Assembly (NCBI GenBank): GCA_046263255.1
Contig: JBHELD010000012.1
Location: forward strand, 451 to 64,450
Length of the DNA: 64,000 nucleotides
From: Actinomycetota bacterium
Lineage (GTDB): Bacteria; Actinomycetota; CADDZG01; WHSQ01
Direction: 5' to 3'
Shown: one piece after another, positions 1-8,834 of the stretch
Numbering within the stretch: the stretch's first letter is position 1
How the letters are laid out: each line of letters begins with the position of its first letter
Made by a program: the position numbers and the translations under genes
Notes under the pieces: generated by a model
Databases searched by the model: none
Told to the model about the DNA's origin: nothing
What the model saw: the letters and a program-made list of their open reading frames with translations, nothing else

Positions 1-2
1 AG

Positions 3-473
3 CTCGAAGCACTCGGTTTCTCGGATGTCTACGACTACGCCTCTGGGAAGCTCGACTGGATCAGCCGGCGGGGTCCGACCGAGGGGAAGGGGCCTCACTA
101 CGCGGTCGCAGGCGAGGCCGCGGACCATGATGCCGTCCTTGCTTGCCACATCGGTGATCGCCTCGGCGACGCTGCGCACGCCCTCGACAGCGTCGAACAC
201 GACTACTGCGTTGTGCTGAACGATCAGGACATCGTGCTCGGCCGGATGCGCAAGAAGAACGTTTACGGATCTCTGGATGCACCCGTGGAACAGGTTATGG
301 AGCCGGGTCCCACGACCGTGCGGGCTACGGAATCGGCGGAAGCGTTGCTCGGACGGATGCAAAAGCGAAACGTGCCGGCGGTTCTCATAACGACGAACAA
401 GGGCCGCTTGGTCGGGGTCGCGACCCAAGAGGCATTGCACCGTCTGCTACAGCTCCCTGACAACAGCTCCTAG
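3..473 (+). CDS. rhodanese C-terminal end fused to CBS-pair domain protein (5' end outside window)
   Basis: The frame of listed ORF 213..473 stays open back to the window edge. LEALGFSDVYDYASGKLDWISRRGPTEG resembles the end of a rhodanese fold. Two CBS-like units follow (VVLNDQDIVLGRM; VPAVLITTNKGRLVGVAT). Confidence 0.6.
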   Translation, partial: LEALGFSDVYDYASGKLDWISRRGPTEGKGPHYAVAGEAADHDAVLACHIGDRLGDAAHALDSVEHDYCVVLNDQDIVLGRMRKKNVYGSLDAPVEQVMEPGPTTVRATESAEALLGRMQKRNVPAVLITTNKGRLVGVATQEALHRLLQLPDNSS

Positions 474-602
474 CTCCCATGTATCGGCCAGCTCACCCTC
501 TTGCGACCGGCTTTGTTTGTCATCAGGGCGACAGTCACGGAGTTCCTGACGATCGCATCCGGTTCGTCCATGTGACACCGGTACACAAGAAGGAGGTTCG
601 AG

Positions 603-932
603 ATGGGGCTCAGGAAGCTCACCCAGGCGGAGTTCGAACAGGAGGTCGAGGGAGGTCGCGGCCAGGTGGTCGTTGATTTCTTCGCCGAATGGTGCGGACC
701 ATGCCATCAGGTCGCCCCGGAGCTGGAGCGGCTTGCGGCGAAATGGGATGGAAGCGTGCGCTTCGTCAAACTCGACATCGACGAGAACCCCGAGGTTGCG
801 ACCAAGTACGGAGTGTTCTCGATCCCGACGATCGTCTTGTTCGTCGACGGCGACGTCGCGGCCACAACTATGGGCGCAGGTCTGGGTCGAGCCATCGAGC
901 ATGACTTGGGCCTCTCCGACCACGCCGCCTGA
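603..932 (+). CDS. trxA: thioredoxin
   Basis: 109 aa with the WCGPC active site (FFAEWCGPCHQ). A GAAGGAGG ribosome-binding site lies just upstream of ATG 603. Confidence 0.92.
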   Translation: MGLRKLTQAEFEQEVEGGRGQVVVDFFAEWCGPCHQVAPELERLAAKWDGSVRFVKLDIDENPEVATKYGVFSIPTIVLFVDGDVAATTMGAGLGRAIEHDLGLSDHAA

Positions 933-973
933 CAGCTGACCTCGGATCGGCCTTGGGTACGGTCGGCCCTCTC

Positions 974-2404
974 ATGAGCCGACCGATCCAGATACCGCGA
1001 GATCACCTCGTCGTCGTCTTCGGCGCCAACGGAGATCTCGCCCGTCGCAAGCTTCTTCCTGGCTTCTTCCATCTCTTCAAGGAAGGGCTCTTCCCCCGGC
1101 GATGGGCACTAATCGGCATTTCCCGCAGCGAGATGGGCGATGAAGAATTCAGAGCGTTCACACGCGACTCGATCGATCAGTTCTGCCGTTGCGACGCGAC
1201 TCCTGAGGAATGGTCCGATTTCGCATCTCGGCTGTCTTACGTTTCTCAGGAGTTCCGGGCCGACGACACGGGGCCTCTATCTCGCGCCATAGCAGAGAAA
1301 GAGAGAGAACTCGGTGAGGTCCGGCGCCTGTTCTATCTCGCCGTTCCTCCTCCTGCATTCGGGACAATTACCGAAGCTCTCGCCGCCGCGGAGCTCACGG
1401 ACAGATCGCGCGTTGTCTATGAAAAGCCCTTCGGGGTCGATCGTGCATCCTTTGTCGAGCTGGACAAGACCGTCGGGCGCGTTCTCGATGACTCTCAGGT
1501 GTTCCGCATCGATCACTTTCTCGGCAAGGAATCACTACAGAACATCCTGGCTCTGAGGTTCGGGAACGGGATGTTCGAGCCCGTTTGGAACGCCAAGCAC
1601 ATCGATCACGTCCAGATCGACGTGCCCGAGGAGATCGGAATCGGCGACCGGGCCAGCTTCTACGAGGAGACCGGGGCGTTGCGCGACATGATGGTCACTC
1701 ACCTCTTCCAGGTGTTGAGCATCACCGCGATGGAAGCGCCCAGGTCCCTTGAGGCCGAGCAGCTACGCGACGAGAAGGTCCGGGTCTTTGACGCAATGAG
1801 GCCGCTGGAAGCGGCCGATCTCGTCCGGGGTCAATACGAGGGCTATAGAGAGGCAGAAGGAGTGGCGCCCGACTCGAAGACCGAGACCTTCGTCGCGGCG
1901 AAGATGCTCGTCGACAACGAGCGCTGGCACAATGTCCCGTTCTTTCTTCGAAGCGGCAAGCGGATGGCCGAGAGCCGGCAGACGATCACCCTCGCGTTCA
2001 AGACACCACCCGGGGAACTCTTCGGAGGCATCCCGGCACGGCTGAGCCACAACCACCTCACTATCGAGCTGGGCGGTGAGGAGGGGGTGAGTATCTCGTT
2101 TGCCGCCAAGGCGCCCGGTCCGGAGCTCGCACTCGCGCCTGCACACATCGATTTCCGTTACCGCTCGTCCTTCGGACCGGACCTGCTCGGTGCGTACGAG
2201 CCACTCATTCACGATGCGATGCTGGGTGACCGAACGCTATTCACGCGCCCCGACGGGATCGAGCGGACCTGGGAACTCGTCGAGGGTGTGCTCCAGGGCC
2301 CGCCCCCGCTTCGTTCCTACCGGCAAGGCTCGTGGGGGCCCGACGCCGCACTGTCTCTGATCGAGCCTCGCCGGTGGCACCTGCCGCACACTTCCCACGA
2401 CTAA
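974..2404 (+). CDS. zwf: glucose-6-phosphate 1-dehydrogenase
   Basis: VVFGANGDLARRKLLP nucleotide-binding motif and RIDHFLGKE active-site motif. Start set at ATG 974; TTG 953 from the track is also possible. Confidence 0.92.
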   Translation: MSRPIQIPRDHLVVVFGANGDLARRKLLPGFFHLFKEGLFPRRWALIGISRSEMGDEEFRAFTRDSIDQFCRCDATPEEWSDFASRLSYVSQEFRADDTGPLSRAIAEKERELGEVRRLFYLAVPPPAFGTITEALAAAELTDRSRVVYEKPFGVDRASFVELDKTVGRVLDDSQVFRIDHFLGKESLQNILALRFGNGMFEPVWNAKHIDHVQIDVPEEIGIGDRASFYEETGALRDMMVTHLFQVLSITAMEAPRSLEAEQLRDEKVRVFDAMRPLEAADLVRGQYEGYREAEGVAPDSKTETFVAAKMLVDNERWHNVPFFLRSGKRMAESRQTITLAFKTPPGELFGGIPARLSHNHLTIELGGEEGVSISFAAKAPGPELALAPAHIDFRYRSSFGPDLLGAYEPLIHDAMLGDRTLFTRPDGIERTWELVEGVLQGPPPLRSYRQGSWGPDAALSLIEPRRWHLPHTSHD

Positions 2405-4197
2405 TCCCCGCCGCGTACCTGCGCGCTAGATCTGCCGTGCGTGAGGTTCCGCGCGGTGTTGATAAGACCAACGTGCGTGAATGCCTGCGGGAAGTTCCCG
2501 AGCAGCCGCCTATGGTGGGGATCGTATTCCTCTGCCAGTAGGCCGACGTCGTTGCGGACGGCTAGTAATCGCTCGAAGATTGTGCGCGCCTCGTCCGCGC
2601 GTCCCATGAGCGCGAGGTTGTCGGCATACCAGAAGGTGCACGGCAGAAATGCCCCTTCGCCAGGCGGCAAGCCGTCGACGTCCTCGCAGCCTTCGGGGCG
2701 GTAGCGCAACACGAAACCGTCGACCAGGAGCTCTCGGCCGATCGCCTCGACGGTGTTCGTAACGCGCTCGTCGGATGCGGGAAGAAAGCCGACGAGCGGC
2801 ATCATCAGCAGACTGGCGTCGAGCCGCTCCGATCCGTAGTGCTGGACGAAGGCGTTCTTTTCTGGGTTGTAACCGTTCCGGCACACGTCCGCGTGGATCT
2901 CGTCTCGCAGTGCGCGCCACCGTCGGACGTCTCCCGGGAGGTCGAATCTCTCGACCGCTTTCACGGCGCGATCGCACGCGACCCACGCCATCATCTTGGA
3001 GTGGGTGAAGTCGCGCCGTGGTCCCCGAACCTCCCAGATGCCCTCGTCCGGCTCGGTCCAGTTGGCTTCGAGGAAGTCCATGAGTGTGCGCTGGACCTCC
3101 CACGGGACCTCTTCGGGCTCGATGCCCCGCGCGCGCGCGACGTGCAAGGCGTCCATCACCTCGCCGAAGACGTCTAGCTGGAACTGGCTACTCGCCGCGT
3201 TGCCCACCCTTACTGGAGCGGACGTCTCGTATCCCGACAGCCAGTCGAGCTCGAACTCAGGCAGATGTCGCTCCCCCGCGACGCCGTACATGATCTGCAT
3301 CTGAGAGGGCGAACCGGCAACAGCCCTGACCAACCAGTCTCGCCACGCGCACGCCTCCTCGGTGAATCCCGATACCAGCAACGCGTACAGAGTGAAGGTC
3401 GCATCCCGCAACCAGCAATAGCGGTAGTCCCAGTTGCGGATCCCGCCGATCTTCTCGGGAAGTGAGGAGGTGGGCGCCGCCACGATGCCTCCGGTTGGGC
3501 CGTAAGTCAGGGCCTTGAGGACCTTGAGCGAAGTAACGACCGCGTCATCCCACTCGAGACCGTAATCGCACTTGCCTCGCCACTGCTCCCACCAGCGCGT
3601 CGTATCCGCGAGAGCATCGATCGCGTCGACCGGCTTGGGTGGCGTCTCGTGCGATTCATGCCAGGTGAGGACAAAGGGGATGCGGTCACCCTCCGAGACG
3701 TGAAACTCCGAAATGGTGCGCATGTCGACACCCCTTGTCTCGACCGGAGTCGTGAGACAGATTCCGTGCGCACCCGCGATCGCGGCGAGCCGGCCATCGA
3801 GACGGCGCACCCACGGGACCGAGCTTCCATAGTCGAAGCGGATGACGAGCTCCATCGACATCGGAACGGTCCCGGACACGCCCTCGACGATCCGAACGAG
3901 ATCAGGAGTTGCTTCGCGCGGAGGCATGAAATCTATGACCCGCACGACTCCGTCGCTAGTGGAGAACTCAGTCTCGAGCACGAGCGTGTCGCCTCTGTAC
4001 CGACGTCCCACACGGGGTGATCGTTCGGCGGGCGCCAAGACCCAGCGTCCGTTGCTCTCGTCTCCGAGTAGGGCCGCGAAACATGCTGGCGAGTCGAAGC
4101 GCGGGAGGCACAACCAATCGATCGACCCATCTCTTCCCACTAAGGCTGCAGTGTGGGTGTCTCCGATGAGCGCGTAGTCCTCGATGCGAAGGGGCAT
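2401..4197 (-). CDS. glycoside hydrolase family 15 protein (glucoamylase/trehalase-like)
   Basis: The N-terminus MPLRIEDYALIGDTHTAALVGRDGSIDWLCLPRFDSPACFAALLG is typical of bacterial GH15 proteins. Track ORF 2401..4488 was trimmed to ATG 4197 because the upstream 97 codons are Arg-rich and run into the DoxX gene. Confidence 0.85.
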   Translation of the reverse strand: MPLRIEDYALIGDTHTAALVGRDGSIDWLCLPRFDSPACFAALLGDESNGRWVLAPAERSPRVGRRYRGDTLVLETEFSTSDGVVRVIDFMPPREATPDLVRIVEGVSGTVPMSMELVIRFDYGSSVPWVRRLDGRLAAIAGAHGICLTTPVETRGVDMRTISEFHVSEGDRIPFVLTWHESHETPPKPVDAIDALADTTRWWEQWRGKCDYGLEWDDAVVTSLKVLKALTYGPTGGIVAAPTSSLPEKIGGIRNWDYRYCWLRDATFTLYALLVSGFTEEACAWRDWLVRAVAGSPSQMQIMYGVAGERHLPEFELDWLSGYETSAPVRVGNAASSQFQLDVFGEVMDALHVARARGIEPEEVPWEVQRTLMDFLEANWTEPDEGIWEVRGPRRDFTHSKMMAWVACDRAVKAVERFDLPGDVRRWRALRDEIHADVCRNGYNPEKNAFVQHYGSERLDASLLMMPLVGFLPASDERVTNTVEAIGRELLVDGFVLRYRPEGCEDVDGLPPGEGAFLPCTFWYADNLALMGRADEARTIFERLLAVRNDVGLLAEEYDPHHRRLLGNFPQAFTHVGLINTARNLTHGRSSAQVRGGD

Positions 4198-4223
4198 TTG
4201 GGCTACTAAAACGCGAGTGGGGG

Positions 4224-4646
4224 TCACAGCTCGAGCAGCGCTTTGGTGATCGTCAGTCCCAGCTCGCCGCCTAGGGCCGCAAACATCACGAACAGTGCAA
4301 GGCCCCCGCCCGCGAGCGCGAGGTCCTTGTTGAACTGAACCTGCTCCTGCATCTTGGATTGTTCGTCGCCTTCCTTCCAGAAGGGATGCATGAACAGCGC
4401 GGTAGCGGTCACGAACAGCGCGAGCATGAGCGCGCCCACATCGCCGTATATCCCAAGAACGACCGACAGGCTCCCTGCCACGATCCACAGACCAGAGAAC
4501 GGCACGAGGAATCCGGGCGACGGGATCTTTCGAGCGGCGGCGAACCCAGTGAGCATCGGGCGGCCCGAACCCAGGTGCCCGAACAATCCGGACGACAGGA
4601 AGATCAGGACGAACAGAATCCTTGCCGCAAGGGCCAGAACGTCCAT
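4224..4646 (-). CDS. DoxX family membrane protein
   Basis: 140 aa with four hydrophobic segments and a DoxX-like layout (ARILFVLIFLSSGLFGHL ... FMHPFW ... QFNKDLALAGGGL). Start set at the internal ATG 4646. Confidence 0.75.
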   Translation of the reverse strand: MDVLALAARILFVLIFLSSGLFGHLGSGRPMLTGFAAARKIPSPGFLVPFSGLWIVAGSLSVVLGIYGDVGALMLALFVTATALFMHPFWKEGDEQSKMQEQVQFNKDLALAGGGLALFVMFAALGGELGLTITKALLEL

Positions 4647-4853
4647 CGAGTACCCCCGGAGCTTGAGTTGCTGCTCAGATAAGGACGCGGCAGGGATCGA
4701 AGTTATTCCCCGCGACGTGATTCCAGCAGCTTGGATCCCGAGCTCTGTAAGAAACATGACAGTCTTCAGAGGCTTCCGGATGGTAGGCGGGCTGACACTG
4801 TGGGCAGCGTCCTCCTAGGCGCCTCGTTCCCATCCATAGGAGGTGACGCACCT

Positions 4854-5138
4854 ATGCCGAAAGCGGTGTGGAACGACGTCGTCTTGGCAGAGAGCGACGA
4901 CACGGTTTTCGTCGAGGGGAATCACTACTTCCCGGAGGACTCCCTAGAGGAGCGATTCTTCGAGAAGTCTTCACACCATTCGCTGTGCCCGTGGAAGGGC
5001 GTCGCGAGCTACTACAGCGTCGAGGTGGATGGGAAACGCAACGAGAACGCGGCGTGGTTCTATCCAAAACCCTCGCTCCTGGCCCGCAAGATCAAGAACC
5101 GCGTCGCGTTCTGGAATGGAGTGCGGATCGAGCCATAG
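4854..5138 (+). CDS. DUF427 domain protein
   Basis: MPKAVWNDVVLAESDDTVFVEGNHYFP ... CPWKGVASYY ... AAWFYP ... VAFWNGV matches my recollection of DUF427. GGAGGTG lies 7 nt upstream of ATG 4854. Confidence 0.75.
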   Translation: MPKAVWNDVVLAESDDTVFVEGNHYFPEDSLEERFFEKSSHHSLCPWKGVASYYSVEVDGKRNENAAWFYPKPSLLARKIKNRVAFWNGVRIEP

Positions 5139-5176
5139 CGAAGTCATGTTCGGCCAACGGCCGCGAAAGGAGAGAG

Positions 5177-5533
5177 ATGAAAGCCACGGCGCTATTGGTC
5201 CTTGCGGGGACAGAAGCGGCATCGGATCTTGGGCGACTCGTGAACGCCCTCCAGATCGCTCGTGAACTCGACGAAGGTGGTGACGAGGTCACCGTCATCT
5301 TCGACGGAGCAGGGACGCAATGGGTCCCTGCACTAAGTGACGAGAGCCACGAGTACCACTCGCTATTCGGGAAGACCCGTTCGGTCGTCGCTGGGGCATG
5401 CAGGTACTGCTCGGGCGCCTATGGCGTCAAGGCAGACATAGAAGCCACGGACATCGAACTTCTCGATGAGTTCGACGGACATCCGAGCGTACGCAAACTC
5501 CTCTCGAACGGATACCAGGTCCTCACCTTCTGA
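5177..5533 (+). CDS. DsrE/DsrF-like family protein
   Basis: 118 aa. MKATALLVLAGTEAASDLGRLVNALQIAREL...VTVIFDGAGTQW resembles the DsrE-like fold. AAAGGAGAGAG precedes ATG 5177. Confidence 0.6.
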   Translation: MKATALLVLAGTEAASDLGRLVNALQIARELDEGGDEVTVIFDGAGTQWVPALSDESHEYHSLFGKTRSVVAGACRYCSGAYGVKADIEATDIELLDEFDGHPSVRKLLSNGYQVLTF

Positions 5534-5713
5534 TACGGGCTCGCCCAAAACGGACCCCGGAATCGCAGGTTGAAGGAACTCGAAAAACCCCACAAAAAAC
5601 CCACGCGACGACGAAAAATGATGCGAAACGACGAGTAGCAGCGAGAAACGAAATCGCAGGTCAGAGAAGATTCTTGGCTGTTTCAGCAGGTCACGAGATC
5701 CGGTCTGTTCAAA

Positions 5714-5755
5714 CTTCTAATCCATGGGTCGCAGGTTCGAATCCTGCCGGGCGCA
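5714..5755 (+). pseudogene. 3' fragment of a tRNA-Arg(TCT)-like gene (anticodon loop to discriminator), att-like remnant
   Basis: CTTCTAA (anticodon-loop-like, TCT) ... GGGTC GCAGG TTCGAAT CCTGC CGGGCGC A gives a canonical T-arm and 3' acceptor strand. No complementary GCGCCCG 5' acceptor strand or D-arm occurs in the preceding 120 nt. Confidence 0.6.
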
Positions 5756-5788
5756 CACACTGCCGGGCGCACACACTGCTGGGCGCAC
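5745..5788. repeat. 16-nt tandem repeat TGCCGGGCGCACACAC, about 2.7 copies
   Basis: Copies at 5745-5760 and 5761-5776 are identical. A third, diverged partial copy TGCTGGGCGCAC lies at 5777-5788. The repeat unit starts inside the T-stem/acceptor end of the tRNA fragment. Confidence 0.85.
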
Positions 5789-6102
5789 CGGAGTAATGGC
5801 GCCTATCGAGTGAAGTCTCGGCACCTGTGCCCCACATTGGCCTCGGTGCCTGTGTCCCACTCTGCGGCCCGGCCTCGGCTCTTGAGCGACACTCGCTCGG
5901 GCACTGACCGCCGTCGCTAGTTGCCATATCGCGGGCGCCGCGCTCCGGAGCGGCTCTGCCGACGCGAGGCCGGACCGATACTTGTGACTTGACGGTGGGT
6001 GCCTCCCGTTTGGCAGGCACTTATCCGACGGCGTAGCCTGACGCTCGACTGTGTCCTGTGGGTGGACAGGCCGGCGTCGGACCGGGTGGGGGTGTCGAGC
6101 GT

Positions 6103-7953
6103 ATGTTGCGTCGCGTTGTTGCCGTTCTCGCGCTCCTCGTCGCTTGGGCGTCAACAAGCGCGGTAGCGGCAGCCCAATCCGGGCCTCAGGTGGAGTTCTC
6201 GTCGACCGAGAAGGTCACGTTGTCGTCCGGGCCGACGAGCGTCGAGGTGGAGAACCAGGGCGACAAGCGGCGGAAGGTGCGAGTCGACCTCGTGTGGACC
6301 GACCTCACCGCCGGCGGCCGGCGGGTCGATGCCGAGGAGGTATTCGTCTACTCGCGGCGCGTTCCGCTCGCGGGCGGTGACACGGGACAGGTGACGATCG
6401 CAAGGGCGCCCGGGGTAGCGGTGGACGAGGGCACGTACAGCGGCGTGCTGCGGCTCCACACTCGGCAGGGCGTCCAGGACCGGCTTCGACTGGAGCTAGT
6501 AGTAGCCGGTACCGCCGCGCCGGACGTCGCTGCGACGGCAGAGGTCGCCGAGTGGTACGAGATACAGGTTAGGACATGGCCACGGGAGGATTTCGGAGGG
6601 GCCGAACCGATCCCCCTCGCCTCCGAGCCTGCGCCCACCGAGGGAGCGTCCTTCACCGCCTGGCTGATGGGCCCCGGCGACGACAGGATCGAGGTCAGCG
6701 GCTCGGTGAAGAAGGAGGGCGATGACTTCGTCCTCGACCTGACCCTTCCGAATGACTCGTCCGTCGGCATCTACTCCGGAGCCCTGGACCGGCGGCCCGG
6801 AGAGGCCGGGGGGGAAGTCGAGCTGACCGTGGAGCGGCGCGACGGCCCGGCCCTCCCCGTGATCGTTCTTCTGGCTAGCCTGGCCGTTGCGTGGATCGGC
6901 CAGCGGCTGTTCCCCGCCGGGCGGACGCTGATGGGCCTGCACAAGAAAGAGCGGGCGGCGCTCGCGAAGCTCCCCGACGGGGACACGAAGGGGGGTCTTA
7001 CGCTGAGCGGCGCGTCCGCGGCTGCCGGGGCCGCGGGCGAGCGACGCAGCAAGTTGTGGAAGCGGGCGGTTCCTGCGACGGCTTCCGAGCTCGCGACCGC
7101 CGCGGCCGAGGTCGTCGCGCTGGAGGCCGCCGCCGAAGTCTGGACGACGAAGATCGAGTCCTCTGCCGAGGCACTGGAAGATGCGCTCAATAAGGTGCCC
7201 GTAGTCGAAGCTCCGCCGGCCGCGCTGCGGAAAGCTCCTCGCTTCGTCCAGGAAGCGCGCGGCCTCGTCACCGGGTCGCTCTCGGTCAAGGAGGTCGCGG
7301 CGAGAAAGTCCGCCATCGACGAGGCAACCGAGCTCGCGGGTGCGTGGGGGGAGCTTTATGCCCAGGTACTGAGGTACGGAGACGCGCTGGACTCGATCTC
7401 CGCGTCTGACCTCGAAGGCGAAGACGCCAGGTTGTTGCGAAGGGGCAGGCGCCTTTTCAACTTGATCCGGTGGGACCTGTGGCACGCGTCGGGGCCGGGC
7501 GACCTGGAGCGCCGCGGCGTGGAGAAAGATCTCGAGCGCCTGGACGAGATCCTCGGCATGCTCAGCGGTGGCACGACCTCCAAGGGCATCACCCAAGAGA
7601 CACTTCGGACGCTCGGCCTCCTCAAAGCGTCCGGGAGCGGCAGCGAGGTCACGCTCCTGAGCCGGTTGCCCAAGTTCGTCCCGGGCGTGCTCGGTATCGA
7701 GTGGCCCTTGACTGCCGCGGTCGGCACGAGCATCGCCGGTGCGCTCCTCCTCTTGGGGACGGTCGCCCTGTCGATATGGGGTGCGCTGACCACGCTCTAC
7801 TTCGACAATCCGTTCGGCACGTTGCGCGATTACGTGTCGCTGGTTGTGTGGGGCCTCGGCGCGGGCGCGGTGCTCGACCTGTTCAACGGCGCGCTGGCGC
7901 GGCTTCAGCCTCCCGAGCCGGAATCCAAGACGGGCGCGGCACCGACGCCGTAG
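6103..7953 (+). CDS. hypothetical membrane protein (signal peptide, extracytoplasmic domain, helical cytoplasmic region, C-terminal TM pair)
   Basis: Signal-like MLRRVVAVLALLVAWASTSAVAAAQ, a mid-protein TM segment PALPVIVLLASLAVAWIGQRLF, an Ala/Glu/Arg-rich helical stretch, then SIAGALLLLGTVALSIWGALTTLYF and LVVWGLGAGAVLDLF. I recognise no family. Confidence 0.6.
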   Translation: MLRRVVAVLALLVAWASTSAVAAAQSGPQVEFSSTEKVTLSSGPTSVEVENQGDKRRKVRVDLVWTDLTAGGRRVDAEEVFVYSRRVPLAGGDTGQVTIARAPGVAVDEGTYSGVLRLHTRQGVQDRLRLELVVAGTAAPDVAATAEVAEWYEIQVRTWPREDFGGAEPIPLASEPAPTEGASFTAWLMGPGDDRIEVSGSVKKEGDDFVLDLTLPNDSSVGIYSGALDRRPGEAGGEVELTVERRDGPALPVIVLLASLAVAWIGQRLFPAGRTLMGLHKKERAALAKLPDGDTKGGLTLSGASAAAGAAGERRSKLWKRAVPATASELATAAAEVVALEAAAEVWTTKIESSAEALEDALNKVPVVEAPPAALRKAPRFVQEARGLVTGSLSVKEVAARKSAIDEATELAGAWGELYAQVLRYGDALDSISASDLEGEDARLLRRGRRLFNLIRWDLWHASGPGDLERRGVEKDLERLDEILGMLSGGTTSKGITQETLRTLGLLKASGSGSEVTLLSRLPKFVPGVLGIEWPLTAAVGTSIAGALLLLGTVALSIWGALTTLYFDNPFGTLRDYVSLVVWGLGAGAVLDLFNGALARLQPPEPESKTGAAPTP

Positions 7954-8069
7954 AGACAGACCCGAGCAGGTGGTGTCGTGCTGAATGCGGAACCCGGCAC
8001 ATGCCGCGGGGAGTCACCGTTTCAAGGAGTTGCTTATGAAAAATTCGCTCACTGACCGAATTGCGTAGG

Positions 8070-8457
8070 GTCGACGAAAAGGCTGCACGTTTCTTTCGGT
8101 GGTCGCTGCGGCTGGTGAAGGGTGTCGGGCCAGACGTACGCGCCATCGATGCGATCAACGTCGGTACGACTCATTCCGCCCACGCATCCACTGGGGTCCA
8201 CAAGCAACATGGCCGCCGGCGGTCGTGCCGAGCGATGCGAGATCGGGGCCGTCGAGCTCGACATCGCGCACGCAGTCGGTCCTCGGCTGCGCGCCGACGG
8301 GATGTCGCTCGTCGGCCTCGACATCGTCGGCGACAAGCTGGTCGAGGTCAACGTGCAGTCGCCGGGAGGTCTGGGGAGCATCGAGACGTTCACGGGCGTC
8401 GACTTCGCGCCCCTCATCATCGCCGCGATCGAGCGGCGGGTCGCGGCGGGCGGGTAA
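8070..8457 (+). pseudogene. 5'-truncated, frameshifted remnant of a glutathione synthetase-like ATP-grasp gene
   Basis: NMAAGGRAERCEIGAVELDIAHAVGPRLRADGMSLVGLDIVGDKLVEVNVQSPGG...FAPLIIAAIERR aligns by eye to the last ~95 aa of GshB (NLAAGGRGE...IFVGLDIIGDRLTEINVTSP). An upstream piece (GPDVRAIDAINVG) sits in a different frame, and no N-terminal two-thirds is present. Confidence 0.55.
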
Positions 8458-8834
8458 TTCCTTGCCCTCCCGCTGATATAAGAGAGAAAGGAGAACGAGG
8501 AGGCAAGAATGCGAGCGTACGAAGATCCGGTCCCTCGTCCCGATCCGGGACCCTCGCCTCCGAGGCCGGGACGACCGCCTGCCGGTAAGTAGCAACGGTC
8601 CACCTCGGAGTCAAAGCCGCGCTGCCGGCCGACGTCCCCGGCGGATGGTCTCCCGCCGAGCACCTTGTCTCGTCGGCAGCTCTTCGATCCTGGTGTCGAC
8701 CCCGGGAGGAAGCTCCTCCACCTCGCCGAGGTCGATGACCTCGCGGGTCGCGTCGCACGACGCCTCGCACCCCCCGGCGTCACCTCCGCACGCGGTCGTG
8801 AGGAGCGCCTCTCGGATGGCTTCAAGCGGCTCGT

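Noticed and set aside
5640-5760. Possible full-length tRNA or tmRNA around the GGTTCGAATCC T-loop
   Set aside because: The 5' acceptor strand (GCGCCCG), D-arm and 5' anticodon stem are absent from the upstream 120 nt. The 3' end does not match a tmRNA acceptor. It was kept only as a 3' fragment.
5709-6157. 103-aa and 146-aa minus-strand ORFs in the low-GC gap
   Set aside because: They run across the tRNA fragment and the tandem repeat. They are Arg/Pro/Ala-rich, lack an RBS, and lack family resemblance.
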